Assembly: GCF_006345805.1 (NCBI RefSeq)
Contig: NC_043014.1
Location: 16,120,001 to 16,184,000 of the forward strand
Length of the DNA: 64,000 nucleotides
Source: Octopus sinensis
Lineage: Eukaryota
Direction of reading: 5' to 3'
Both the position numbers and the translations under genes were made by a program. Positions 51,476-64,000 of the stretch are shown here, in pieces. How positions within the stretch are numbered: position 1 is the first letter of the stretch; each line of letters opens with the position of its first letter. The notes under the pieces were generated by a model. It was not told the origin of the DNA. It did no database searches and saw nothing but the letters and a program-made list of their open reading frames with translations.

Positions 51476-51863
51476 TATGTTAAGGAGGGGGAGTCACATC
51501 TATATGTGAATATATATATATATAAACGGCTCCATGGTCAAAGGTTCCACATAGAACTTTTCGGCCGCTTGCAATGAGGATCGAACTCGTTGGTCCGGCC
51601 GTCTTATTACAACTTGCTATAATTTCATTCGCGGTGGCTGTAGTTGTTGATGTTGAGATTGTTGCTTTGCTTCATCTCTTGTTGCACTATAATTCACGAG
51701 GAGGAAAAAGAAAATGGGAAAACGGGACATTTATGCATTTCCGAAATGTATTAGCGGCAGCAAGAAAGTGTCATGATGTTTTAAAAAAAATTATCGGAGG
51801 TTCGAAACTTAGTCACAGTCTTGGCTTTTAGCTCTGAAAATTTCGAAATATTAAATACAATGT

Positions 51864-52278
51864 GGCGCAGGAGTGGCTGTGTGGTAAGTAGCTTGCTAAC
51901 CAACCACATGGTTCCGGGTTCAGTCCCACTGCGTGGCATCTTGGGCACGTGTCTTCTGCTATAGCCCCGGGCCGACCAATGCCTTGTGAGTGGATTTGGT
52001 AGACGGAAACTCAAAGAAGCCCGTCGTATATATGTATATATATAAGTGTGTGTGTATATGTTTGTGTGTCTATGTTTGTCCCCCTAGCATTGCTTGACAA
52101 CCGATGCTGGTGTGTTTATGTCCCGTCACTTTGCGGTTCGGCAAAAGAGACCGATAGAATAAGTACTGGGCTTACAAAGAATAAGTCCCGGGGTCGATTT
52201 GCTCGACTAAAGGCGGTGCTCCAGCATGGCCGCAGTCAAATGACTGAAACAAGTAAAAGAGTAAAAGAGAGAGTAAGA
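51864..52278 (+). mobile_element. SINE family A, full length, close to consensus
   Basis: GGCGCAGGAGTGGCTGTGTGGTAAGTAGC head; tail at 52215-52251; (GAGTAAAA)n end. Confidence 0.93.
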
Positions 52279-52284
52279 GTAATG

Positions 52285-52425
52285 TAGCGTGGGTCATTTG
52301 CCGAGATCGACTTAACCTTTTATCCTTTCGGAGTCGATAAATTAAGTACAAGTGGAGCACTGGGGTCGATGTAATCGATTATCCCTCTCCTCCAAATTTC
52401 AGGCCTTGTGCCTATAGTAGAAAGG
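52285..52425 (+). mobile_element. SINE family D, 3' portion
   Basis: CCTTTTATCCTTTCGGAGTCGATAAATTAAGTAC...CAAATTTCAGGCCTTGTGCCTATAGTAGAAAG. Confidence 0.8.
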
Positions 52426-52589
52426 CTTATAAATTACGACACCGTTGTTGTTGTTGTTGTTAACCCCAGGCCCTGAAGAGACCTGGGGTTATTTTTAAAG
52501 ACTAACCTTTCCGAATTTTTCTCAGACACCGTATAACAAGTGTTCAAAGTAATTGTCTCCTTTTTATCTGTTTTTTTTCTCTCTCGTTT

Positions 52590-52750
52590 GTTTAAATCAT
52601 TGGGTTGCGGCCATGCTGGGGCACCATCTTGAAGAGATTAGCCGAACAAATCGAGCCCAGTATTTATTTTAAAGTCTGGTACTTATTCTATCAGTCACTT
52701 TTGCCGAAATGCTACATTACGGGGGACGTAAATAAACCAACCAACCAACC

Positions 52751-52795
<45 letters not shown>

Positions 52796-52890
52796 ATGAC
52801 GGGTTTCTACCCAGTTTCAGTTTACCAAATTAGTCAACCCGGAGCTACAGCGGAAGACACATGCTCGAAGTGAGACTGAACCCGAAATCA
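52590..52890 (-). mobile_element. Diverged SINE family A variant
   Basis: GTTGCGGCCATGCTGGGGCACC tail and a remnant of the central region. Confidence 0.7.
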
Positions 52891-53324
52891 TGCCTGCACC
52901 TTGTTCTTTTCAAATCATAAATATCCGCCAGGGAATTTTTGCCTACAAATTGCTCGGATATTTTCAATAAATCGAAGTTTTCTAACACATATCATTACAT
53001 ACATGATACCCAACTCTCAGCTATGTTGTTGATTTTCATAACCATCTCATTACATTTCCTCGATTTCTATGTGTATTAATCACTATTTGTCTTGCCAACT
53101 GACTAGTATGTGCTTCGCAGAAGAAGTTCTCATAACGCCTATACATATCTATTGTCTTCAACAGTTGGCTTTGAAGATCAGATCCATTGAATTTGCGTTG
53201 TCTATTTTGTCGCAAGAACATGTTCGATCGAAGAAGGGAGATAACTCCAAGTTATCTCCCTTCTTCATTCTGCAATTTGAAACCCTACTAGAAAGATTAT
53301 TTTTGCAATTATATTTTGTCTATT

Positions 53325-53728
53325 TACTTGTTTCAGTCAACAGACTACGGCCATACTGCAGTACCACCTTCACAGGTTGTAGTGAAACAAATCGACCCCC
53401 AGTACTTATTTTCTTTTAAATATGGTATTTGTTCTATCGTTCTCCTTTGTCGAACCGCTAAGTTAAGAGGACGTCAACAAACCAGCATCGGCTGTCAAGC
53501 GGTGACGGAGGACAAACATAAACATACACACACACACTTATATATATGTATATATATGTATATATATATACATATATGCATACACACGTGCGCGCGCGCG
53601 ACGGGCTTCTTTCAGTTTCCGTCTTCCAAATCCACTCAAAAGGCTTTGGTCTGTCCGGGGCTGTAGTAAAAGTCACTTGCCTAAGGGATTATGCAGTGGG
53701 ACTGAACCCAAGACCACATGGTTGGTAA
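53325..53728 (-). mobile_element. SINE family A, diverged
   Basis: TTTACTTGTTTCAGTC tail; GGGCTTCTTTCAGTTTCCGTC centre; GTGGGACTGAACCC B-box region. Confidence 0.8.
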
Positions 53729-54856
53729 GAAAATCTCAGTCGATCGGAGTTTATCGAATTCCTGCATTACACATGTCAGTTATCACCGTATTAGTATGCA
53801 GTTTTCTCCTTCAGCCATATTGTTTATATGTAGGGCTGCATTATTCACTGTTCCCTACCTGGTTTAAGGTGGAAGGGGACGATTTGAAGGAGCTTTCACT
53901 AACACTTCTACTAAGTCAACAGACCACATAGAGACATTTCTGATGGGTTCGTAATGTATAATGGTCAAGTGCAATGCAACTATACAATACAGTAATGTTG
54001 GGTTTTAGATGGTTCAAAGATACTTTCTTAGATTGGATCAAGTCCAGATATTAATAAGGGTGGTGTATATTTCTTCGATTCTGCTCAGGCATGTACCTGA
54101 GGCTTGTTTCCAAAAGGATGTTGGTGTTGCCTTGGCGGCGGTTTGCGCTCTCTGAGTTCTCTTGTTATATTTTGATTTCATGATTTGCTGGACTTTGGTG
54201 TTCTGTTGATCATTGAATTAAGCGTGAAAGTGGCTGAATATTTTTCAAACACGAGTATCCCGAATGTAGTTGTTGGGCATTATCAGTGTGACACAAAACT
54301 GGATCTTTAAATGATGGGGATGATGCATACTACGAACTTCCGCATAGTTTCCGTCTACCTAATTTCACTCTTAAGGTAAGGGTCGATCCGAGGCTATAGA
54401 AAATAATACTTGCTCCTGAAGCTACTAAGTGGATTCGAAATCCGAACCTTATGGTTGCGAAGCGACCTTTTTAACTATATTGCACCTACGTCGGCCATAT
54501 TGTATGTATGGTCGAGTGATTAAGAATTTCGTTTTACATTTAGGAGGTTCCTGTTTCGATTTTGCTACGTAACATTGTGGGTAGGTATCATTTTCTATAG
54601 CCACGGGTTCACGCATACTACATGAATGAAATTGTATCAGGTGTTGTGTAAAATTCCGTTGGATGCATCGTATTAGTAATACAAAAATTAAATCTTACCT
54701 GTGAAATACTCAGCCACTTACAGGCTAATTCAATGAGTCTGGTAGTTTAGTTGATTGAATAACTGAACACCCATGATAAATTTTGACTGCATGACCAGCG
54801 CTTTCTTTTTTAAAGCGTGGAAGATCGAATACATTAATCAACTACTAATTAACTAC

Positions 54857-55088
54857 TTTATTTCACTTTACTCCAGTTCACTCAGCTGTAGAAATGAGTT
54901 GCGACATCACTGGTGCCAAGCTGTACTGGCCTTTGCCTTTCACCTGGATAACACTGGTGGCGTGGAGAGGGGAGGCTGGTATGCATGGGCGACTGCTGGT
55001 CTTCCATAAACAAGCTTGCCGGACTTGTGCCTGGGAGGGCATCTTTTTAGGTGCAATCCCATGGTCAGTCATGACCGAAGGGGGGTCT

Positions 55089-55089
<1 letters not shown>
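54857..55089 (+). mobile_element. SINE family E, 5'-truncated
   Basis: Matches the 9602-9830 portion of family E on the opposite strand; ends GACCGAAGGGGGTCTC followed by (TA)n. Confidence 0.85.
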
Positions 55090-55157
<68 letters not shown>

Positions 55158-55672
55158 TTATTTATTATGTGCGTATGTGAATACATATTTATGTAAATCT
55201 TCATATTTCTGGGCGTGGCTTCTCACTCTAATATCTGTTACACCAGCAATTAAATTATCTTACGATGACGGTAAGATCACATGTACATGAATTCATAATC
55301 TACTTTAACATGCCAGAAGGATGAGGCTATCTATTTTTTTTAAGGTTTGAATTTCTTAGGGTTTACATAATTTTTTGAATAAATGTAGTTGTGAATGTAA
55401 CTGACTCTATGTATTTAAATGCTCCCCGAATTGAACATATATTTTATTTTAATGGCTCCGAGGAAGCTAGTGAATGTAGCACAAACACTTAGCTCTGTAT
55501 GAAGTGCTTTTCATTGCAGAAACAGATGTAAATAAGTTAATGAAGTCGATTCTCTTGCATTTCATTAATATGCCAACGCTTTACTCTAAACCGAATGTAT
55601 GTTGACTTCTAACAACTAGGTATTAGTATCGCTAAGTCTAAGCGAAACGTACGTATACACACGCGCGCGCGC

Positions 55673-55703
<31 letters not shown>

Positions 55704-56092
55704 ATCATACATAAATGTGTGTGTGTGTGGCTAAGTAGTATCCAACTCTACCCCAAATAAAAGACTCGGATGAATTCAAACCTAAAAAAGACAAGACAGC
55801 CTCGTTACTCTGGCAAGTTATATTACATTATGAAGTGATCTTCCCGTCGTCCTAAAATAGTTTAATTGCTGCTATACTTTGAAGAACTCTACTGATGTCC
55901 GCTGACGAGTATCTACACACCCGTTTCCTTTTATGGCGTAACCACAGGAGATGAGCTGCACCAAATAGGCTTACATGATTAAAAACAAACGATATATTTA
56001 ACTGAGTTAGAAATCTTCAAAGGATTTTTATATGTATATTGATTACGAAGAGTGACAATGGAAAAATAAAAATTATACGAGAGAGAGAGAGG

Positions 56093-56164
<72 letters not shown>

Positions 56165-56318
56165 CAGACAGAGAAAAACACCCATCTGTTCTGTTTCAAG
56201 TACACTGGCTTAAACGGCCATGTTTTTACCATTTACTTAAATTAGAGCGGGTACGATGAATAGTAGCATAATTGTAAATTACTCGGTCATAATGATGCGT
56301 GTTCAATCGAACCCTTTG

Positions 56319-56385
<67 letters not shown>

Positions 56386-56406
56386 AATTTATTTGTCATA
56401 TATATA

Positions 56407-56503
<97 letters not shown>

Positions 56504-56507
56504 ATAT

Positions 56508-59500
56508 GGCGGTTGGTACTCCCTATGCAGAGTTTGACCACCGGCATCTGATGTGGCTTTTAAAACCAGACAATATTTTGGAAAGAACCCACATAGATTG
56601 CATATTCGATTTGGACCACCAACAGCTACAGATAAGTTCTGATCTTTGTGGATTTTAAAACGCCTTTTGAGGCCTCCGTTAGACTTGCAAACCTTCTAGT
56701 ATACATTGCATTGAAAGGTGTGTATAGACATAAAAGCAGAATAGTTGGTGGAGGTTCATTCTCCATGGGTTCGCAAATTAGATTTGAGCCCAACAAAAGA
56801 AAGCCACGGTCTGTCACAAACTGCACACAAATAGGTCATTGTGATTCACCTTCTCGATCGTAACAATCTTCTTTAATTATCTCCTGAGTCTTGCACATGC
56901 GTTATCCTGGCCTCTGCAAACGCTTTTACTTTACTCTACACTTTTGTTCGCTATCCAGCTCGATCCGTAGCAAGAGTTTCTATGTTCTCTGGATCCATTC
57001 CAAGTGACTTCATGGTAGTCTTTATGCCGTCCTTAAACTTTTTTCTAGTTTTACGCCGATAGCGTCTCCTCTCTGCAAGCTCACCATAAAACACCTGTTT
57101 ACGTGTGCGTTCATCCACCATTCGAACAATATGGCCACACCATCTCATTTGGTTTTTTAAAAATCATTGCATTAATATCTGCAGACGCAAAGACATCTGT
57201 ATTTGGAGTAAAAGAACTCCATTTAATGTCTAAAATGCGATGAAGGCATTTTTGGTGGAATTGTTCTAACAATTTGAAATGTCTTTCATAATATGTCCAT
57301 GCTCCAGAACAATAGGGATAGTAGGACGAATGATTTGTAAACAGCCAATTTTGTATCGTTATTTATATGTCGATGGCGTGACTCCAAGCCACCAAATGCT
57401 TGTGCTGCCCTTTGAATTTGCAGATGTATTTCTGTGTCCAGATTTCCCTCATTTTGTACAGATCTTCCAAGGTAGATGAAAGAATCAACAACTTCAAGTA
57501 TCTTACCCTTAACAAAAATTTTAGTGGGGGTTGCAAACAACCACATGCAGGTAGATACATTACAACTGTTTTTTTCAAGTTGATGGTCAAACCAAAATCA
57601 TTACAAGCTGAGTCAAATGCAGATACAAGAGATTGCAGACCTGTTTCAGAATGACTAACTAGATCGCAATCATTAGCATACAAAAGTTCCCTAATGAGTG
57701 AAGTAAAAGCCTTCGTTTTAAATTTCAGTCTGGTCAGATTAAAAACATTCCCTGTTGTTTGATATTTTATGTAAATACCATCCTCGAAGTTTTGAAAATC
57801 ATGTGACAGCACAGAGAGGATGCAACAAGGTCTCCTTGCTTTACTCCATTTTTCACGGCAAAAGATTCAGAGAGCCCAAATTAACCACCAATATTAACTC
57901 TAGCTTTCATATCTTGATACAAAGCCCTGATCATGTTTACAAATTTTTCTGGGCAACCTATTTTCCTAAGAATTAGCCATAGAGCATTTCGATTAACAGT
58001 ATCGAATGCTTTGATCAAATCAATAAAGCAATGGTTAAGGACAAGATTCTGTTCAATGCACTTTTCTTGAAATAGTCTGATAGTAAAGATACAATTAGTT
58101 GTGCCTCCGGAGGAGCGAAAACCACACTGAGACTCAGACACCATATTTGGAACTATGAAGGTATTTAAACGTTCTAAGAGAATGCGGACAAGTACCTTTC
58201 CAATCACAGACAAAAGCAAAATCCTACGAAAATTACCACACAGATCCTTTGGCCCCGATTTATACAAGGAGACTAAAATAGCATCAATCCAGTCTTGAGG
58301 CACTTTCTCAGTTCTCCAACAGTGACAAATTAATATATTTAAGAGTTCAAACATTTAGTCACCCCCATATTTCAAGACCTCTGCACAGATTCAATCAGAC
58401 CCTAGAGACTTATTGTTATTCAGCTTATTCACAGCTAAATAAATGTCATTTAGAGTTGGTTCAAATGCCATTTCTTCTATAACTGGAAAGTCTTCGATTT
58501 TTTCTGTCATTCTCATGTTAGTAGATGATGGTCTATTCAAAAGTGAAGAAAAATGTTCCACCCAGTGCTTATGAATAGAAACGGTGTCGGTCAGAAGCAA
58601 ACGTCCATTTGCTGTTCTCACTGGAGCAATTGAAGGAGATTTAGGGTCCATATACCTCCTTAACATAAGAATACAAACCCTTGGCATTATTCCTATCAGC
58701 TGCTTCTAGTGCTCCTTTTGCTCTATTATTCCACCATTCCTGTTTAGTTTTCCTTAGAGCAGCCTGCACTTTCTCTTTCAGCTTTCTTCGTTTGAGTTGG
58801 GTACCTTGGGACAAGACTGTCGACTTTTAAGCATTATCGAAAAGTTTATTTTCCCACGCACTAGACGATGGCCAGTCGGGCTCTCTACTCTTCCCATGGC
58901 CCGAAATCTAGAAACATCTTTTATATCACGCTTTCTGATCAAAATATAATCTATGAGATGCCAGCGCTTAGATCTTGGGTGCATCCAGGTGGTTTTATAT
59001 TTATTTTTCTGCTTAAGAAGAGTGTTGGTAACAACCAGATTATTCTCAGTACAAAACGTCAAAAGAGCCACTCCGTTTTTATTACATTTTCCAGTCCCAT
59101 GTCGACCTAAAACAGGCCATAAAACGTAGTCATTTCCAACTCTTGTGTTGAAATCTCCCAATATGATCAGCTTGTCAGAAATTGGTACTTTCCTCAGAAA
59201 TTGAGCTAGATCGTCATAAAACTGTCCTACAGTTTCATCAGAATGAGACATTGTTGATACATAAATACAGACAACGGTAAGAAACCTACCTTTTGTCAGT
59301 TTCATACAGCATGAAATGATCCGTTCAGATATACCACTTGGAAACTGCAATGGAGGATACGAGTGTATTCTTGAGAGCAAATCCAACACAAGTTCTCTAC
59401 GCTGACCCTCAGATAGGTCTCTCCAAAAGATAGTATATCCATATGTAGGTTCATTTATATGACCCTCACCAGAGAGACGAGTTTCAGAGAGCGCAACTCT

Positions 59501-59760
59501 ATCAAGGGAATATTTTTTAAGCTTACGTGCAGTACGTCTTTTTGGCCTCTTGTTGAAATTATCATCAAGAAGTGTGCGCACATTCCAACAGCCAAAATTC
59601 AGTGGATGTTTATTTTCCCTTTTTCTTGAAGATTATTTGACCATAGTGGCAGGATGACGACCAGGCCCAGCCAGTGATACACTGGGACACCTGCCGAGCC
59701 AGACCTGTTCTCCTGACATTCCAAAGCCTTTTTTTTTTTTTTACCATTTATTGAATCTGT
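56508..59760 (-). mobile_element. RTE/BovB-type LINE, near full length, heavily mutated (5' UTR may extend to ~60245)
   Basis: NFGCWNVRTLLD, VALSETRLSGEG, IILGDFNTRVG, TWMHPRSKRWHLIDYI (endonuclease); ESQCGFR, FIDLIKAFDTV, LYAND, GLTINLKKT, RWCGHIVRM (RT); C-terminal CAVCDR..GLKSNLRTH; many stops and frameshifts. Confidence 0.93.
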
Positions 59761-60410
59761 TTGCGGCATTTTAGAGAATGTTACAAGTGCATTTTTAGGT
59801 TTCTGCCAACCAACCAATTGAATGATTTTACTAAGATTTAGTGTTCTAAGATTTGGTGTATCTGTGCAGATGAATAATTTTCAGTGGATGTAGCTTACAC
59901 TGCACTACCCCCACCTATTGGCCCTAGAAAACTTTTACCGGTGTGACATGAAAATTGACAAAACCAGGAACTTCCAAGACCTCAGGTTTTGTTTCGGAGA
60001 ATATAAAAAACAAGAAAAAAGTAGAGAAAAAGTTTATACATATTTACACATATTTGTTGGATGGCTGTTCACTGCTCACGAGTTCCTCCGCCCTTTGATG
60101 GGGCTTATTTTTCCCCCCGCAGGGTGTCCAATAATTACTCTCTTCACCAAGCAAGCCTGGAGGGGTTGCCAGTTTAGTCGCCGACGACCTGACAATGCCG
60201 ATGACCCGACCATTTCCACAGGACGCAATCTTCTTCAAGCAGTATTACTTCCAGTATGGAAGAAATTGTGCATAAATGTTTGCATTAATGTGTATGCTCA
60301 GTATTATTGTATTTTCACAAATTAATGTAAATAAAGAAAGCTACTTAAATCAGTGGAACATCATGGTTACACCAGCAATTCAACTCTAAATATACTCACA
60401 AAATGTTCTC

Positions 60411-60455
<45 letters not shown>

Positions 60456-60774
60456 GTATGTACACACATACAGACGCACGCACACTCACACAGTATATGG
60501 AAGGAAACTGAACAAAATTAGATTAATTTGGTCAATAAGTAGACGAAGGAAATCGATCGGAATTTCTGGATTACCAGTTACATAGATTATTCTACTCTTC
60601 TTTGTAATCGATCTCTATGTGGGCTGATAGCCGAGTCCGTAAGATTTCTGCTATACAACTTTCTGTTATAGCCGCATGATTCTCTAACAATTATTCCGGT
60701 ACCACTCTGTTTCTAACGACATTGTACGTAAATGATTTCATGTGAAAAGTTACGCAAAATTTGCGATTGATTAC

Positions 60775-60930
60775 ACTGGAGCGGTCCTTCAACTGGTACT
60801 TATTTTATTGGCCCTGAAAGAATGAAAGGCGAAGTGGATCTTGGCGGAATTTGAATTCTGAATATAAAGATGGACGAAATGCCACTTGGCATTTTATCAG
60901 GCTTGCTAACAGTTCTGCCAGCTCACCACT
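60775..60930 (-). mobile_element. SINE family D, diverged
   Basis: ACTGGTACTTATTTTATTGGCCCTGAAAGAATGAAAGGCGAAGTGGATCTTGGCGGAATTTGAATTCTG...CTGCCAGCTCACC. Confidence 0.8.
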
Positions 60931-61099
60931 AAAACGAACTGAAATTTGAAAATGGCGGTCTCTGTGCGGTAGGAGAAGGTGAGGCATGTTGCATTCAGTA
61001 GATAGCGACCAGCCAATCTTATGTAAAGAAAACAGCGATGGTAGGGTAAAGGTTTGGTTTGAAAATTATAAAGATTTCATATGTATCTGCAGGTCCATT

Positions 61100-61900
61100 G
61101 TGTTAGTTAAGGGTATAGGGAGATGTTTGTATTAACATGTACATAGAATACATAATGCAGCTTCGGCATGGGAGGTATGCATGATCAAGAAGAGTTGCAT
61201 GCACTGAAGTTACCAAATGATGATAATCTTAGAGAAAGGTGAGATGAAACAAGTAGCTTCAGTATTGAAGGAGAGATACTGTTAAAGTTCGGATAGCAGT
61301 AGAAACAGAAAGTGAAACTTTTAAAAAATAAAGACGAGTTTTAATTAGAGTTATAGCTGTAATTTAATTAGAGTAAATGCTGAAATCCAGCCAAGAGAAG
61401 TGGAGTGAATGTCCGTGAAGTAGAAAATATATACACGCAGACATCACTTTTCGAAGAAAACTTGGATTGCATAATGTAGACCGTGAGTAGAGATGTATTG
61501 AAGAGAAATTTGTACCTGGGATGTTTATTGTTATTTATTCCTTCTCGAGCCATGCCTGGCTCATAAGGGCCGGTTTCCCAGTTTCCTTGGCATATAGGTT
61601 CCCCACCTGGACGGGACGCCGGTCCGTCGCAGGTGAGCTGCAAGATGCAGGAAGAAAGAATGAGAGAAAGTTGTTGCGAAAGAGTCAGCAGAAGTTCGCC
61701 ATTACCTTCTGCCGGAGCCGCGTGGAGCTTAGGTGTTTCGCTCATAAACACACACATCGCCCGGTCTGAGATTCGAACCCGCGATCCCTCGACCGCGAGT
61801 CCGCGAGTCCGCTGCTCTAACCTCTAGGACATGTGCCTCCACACCTGGGATGTGTTGAAGATGAATTTGTGAATAAGGAATTTGTGCCTGAAAAAAAATT
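61100..61900 (+). mobile_element. Possible old RTE-type RT 3' remnant interrupted by a SINE
   Basis: Weak hand-translated similarity (KLPNDDNL.., VKVRIA, MSVK.KIYTQT); the SINE TSD splits this sequence. Confidence 0.35.
61525..61842 (-). mobile_element. SINE family B variant, full length with 11-bp TSD
   Basis: ACCTGGGATGT at 61514-61524 and 61843-61853; head GTGGAGGCAC..GGACTCGCG; a short duplication of CCGCGAGT in the anticodon region. Confidence 0.9.
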
Positions 61901-62244
61901 AGATGTGTGTTTGTATGTTAGCAGGAGATGATAATTGGGGTGCATATTGATCAGAAGTTCAGGTATGTTTGTGATGAAGAAGGGGGATTTATTTAGCGGA
62001 TTGATTGCTTTATAGTTCTTCGTATTTGTAGTTGTTTGCCCTAGATCAGCAACCATAGAGAAATCCTACGATCAAAAGTATTCCAGTAATGACCACCCCA
62101 TCTTCTTAGGTGTATGAAAGACTGCATTATGTTATGTGACTTCTACTTTTTAAAGACTGAATGCTATAAGAGCTTCCTGAGAAAGTCTTGGCAGCTTAGG
62201 GTGGGTAGAGGGAGCCTCCTCAACATATGAGTTGCTGGGAATTA

Positions 62245-62365
62245 TCACTTCGTTCGCTGAGGACGACCTTGCCTTTCATCATTTCGGGATCGATGAAATA
62301 AGTACCTGTTGAGGACTGGGGTCGATGTAATCGGCATACCCGCTCCCTTGTGCCAAAATTTGAAA
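62245..62365 (-). mobile_element. SINE family D internal fragments
   Basis: GACCTTGCCTTTCATCATTTCGGGATCGATGAAATAAGTACC...CTGGGGTCGATGTAATCG; this block reads in the plus-strand sense of family D, so the orientation call is uncertain. Confidence 0.55.
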
Positions 62366-64000
62366 TCGATAATTATCACTTCGTCCCTGTAAGTCAAGGC
62401 TAAGAATCTGATGTGAGGACATTTGTTAAGTGGTAAAATAAAATTATTAACTATAAAATAAAAATAAAAACAACTAAATACTTTCAAGATAAAAACAAAT
62501 GATAACAAGATCAAGATTTCATGGAGTAGTTTTGTCGGTTTCGAGATGTGACAAGGAGGTCAGATAATTTACAATAACAAGAAAAAATCAACTTGAACTA
62601 TAAAAAAAACCCCAAAGCTCCCGTTAGCATAGTTACTCATCGCTAGTTTCATTACTATTTTTTTTATATAGTAAACAGGGCATCCTCCTCTACCTCTTCA
62701 TTTTTATCATCCTGTTCCGTTTAAAAAAAATATTATAATGATAAGAAGCTGATATGTACAAACATTCTTTAAACAGTATTCCCATGTAATGCATTTATGT
62801 ATGATATAATCTTGCTAGGTTACTTTACATAAAAAACAAAACAAATGAACATATTATAGAAATGCTTAATTGTCCTCTTATTTAATAAAAAAAAAACTGG
62901 GTTAGCAAGGGCATAATTAGGATGGAAAATATCTGACAGTATTGAATGAGAGGGGTAGGTATTGGGATATCAAAGGAATTTTATCGTCTGTTCCTCCATG
63001 AGCGGCCCGATCGTGTCCCATTAGACCAAGTATTTCTCTTCAGTTGCTGTGGCATAAAGCCGATAAAAGATAAAAAATTTCACTTGGGCAGGACACCAGA
63101 AGCTCTCAATTTTTTTGTGCAAACTAACTGATCAGTTGTCCACTTTGCAATAAAGCCGCAGTTTTCAGAGAGGGATTGCAACACTCTGTGGTATCAATCT
63201 AGCATTAGAAGAGCTCAGGTGCTGTGAGTTCAACGAACTAATCTTGAATATAATACAATATTTGGGACAAGCTTCTATGATAGGACTCAATCATTTGCAA
63301 ACTTTAGTAAACCAATATTTGAGGAGTATCATTCACTGACGATTTCTATATATGCTGTCCACCGACGAGACACATCTCTTCCAATTGCGAGGTCAGCCGG
63401 AACATTACTCAGTTTTCACACTGTTAAGCATTTGAACAATTATTTTCCTTTCTAAATGCAAACAGTGCTATATCATAGCACTATCGTCAATTAGGACACC
63501 CCACAGAGTTCCGATCGCTTCTACAGTAAAAGGCAATACCCTCTTTCAGTTGTAACCCGTTTTGAAAACAACGTGCTGAAAACATGACAATTAACTCAGT
63601 CTATAATCGACGCTCACACTCACTGACCTTTCAGCACATTTACTAGTGGACAAGTATCTCCCTTTTAACACTCACCTCCATCTGTGAAATTTGCAGATGT
63701 AGATGGGGCCTTGGTCGAAAAAGAAAGTGTTCTCAGTCCTTTCAATATAACCTCTTCTATCACAACCACTAGACAGAAGAAAAATACCTACACTTAAAGG
63801 AAGGAGCGATCCCCTCGATGAACTCGGATGCTATCAGCATCTGTAATACGAAATAGCTGTTCACCATAACTCCACAATCTACTCATACTCATAATAGTAG
63901 TACTCATACTACTAACCCCAAAGCAATGCATGGGGAGTAGTTTCGTTGATCTTACAATGCCCATAGAGCTTTTCCTGAATCGACAAAGCTCACATCCAGT

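Noticed and set aside
62946-63420. 61-aa ORF and adjacent moderately complex sequence, possibly a LINE remnant
   Set aside because: No motif could be recognised by hand; needs BLASTX.

Overview
This is AT-rich, microsatellite-saturated eukaryotic non-genic DNA. No host protein-coding exon, rRNA, true tRNA gene or CRISPR array could be supported. The SINE content and the density of (TA)n/(CA)n/(TATG)n/(TCTA)n tracts look like an Octopus (cephalopod) genome; this is inferred from recalled repeat sequences, not from a database search. The window holds more than 30 copies of several tRNA-derived SINE families that share and swap internal modules. Larger elements are: a young 5'-truncated CR1-group LINE (43.2-46.2 kb), a near full-length decayed RTE/BovB-type LINE (56.5-59.8 kb), Tx1/L1, RTE and other RT fragments, two Penelope-like element (PLE) remnants, and a Tc1-type transposase with DD36E spacing. 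Almost all entries in the ORF track are microsatellite artefacts. The most interesting signal is a set of (TA)n-embedded, mostly inverted-repeat (foldback) non-coding elements whose arms carry type I hammerhead-ribozyme (HHR) motifs. One is near-canonical (35112-35168). Others carry a compensatory U3-A8 core with a palindromic ACCGGU stem III, and one such arm pair encloses a PLE reverse-transcriptase fragment. These look like non-autonomous HHR-bearing PLE derivatives (retrozyme-like). A second highlight is a 37-nt 3' tail shared between the CR1 LINE and the most abundant SINE, with a covarying hairpin. All alignments and folds were done by eye.
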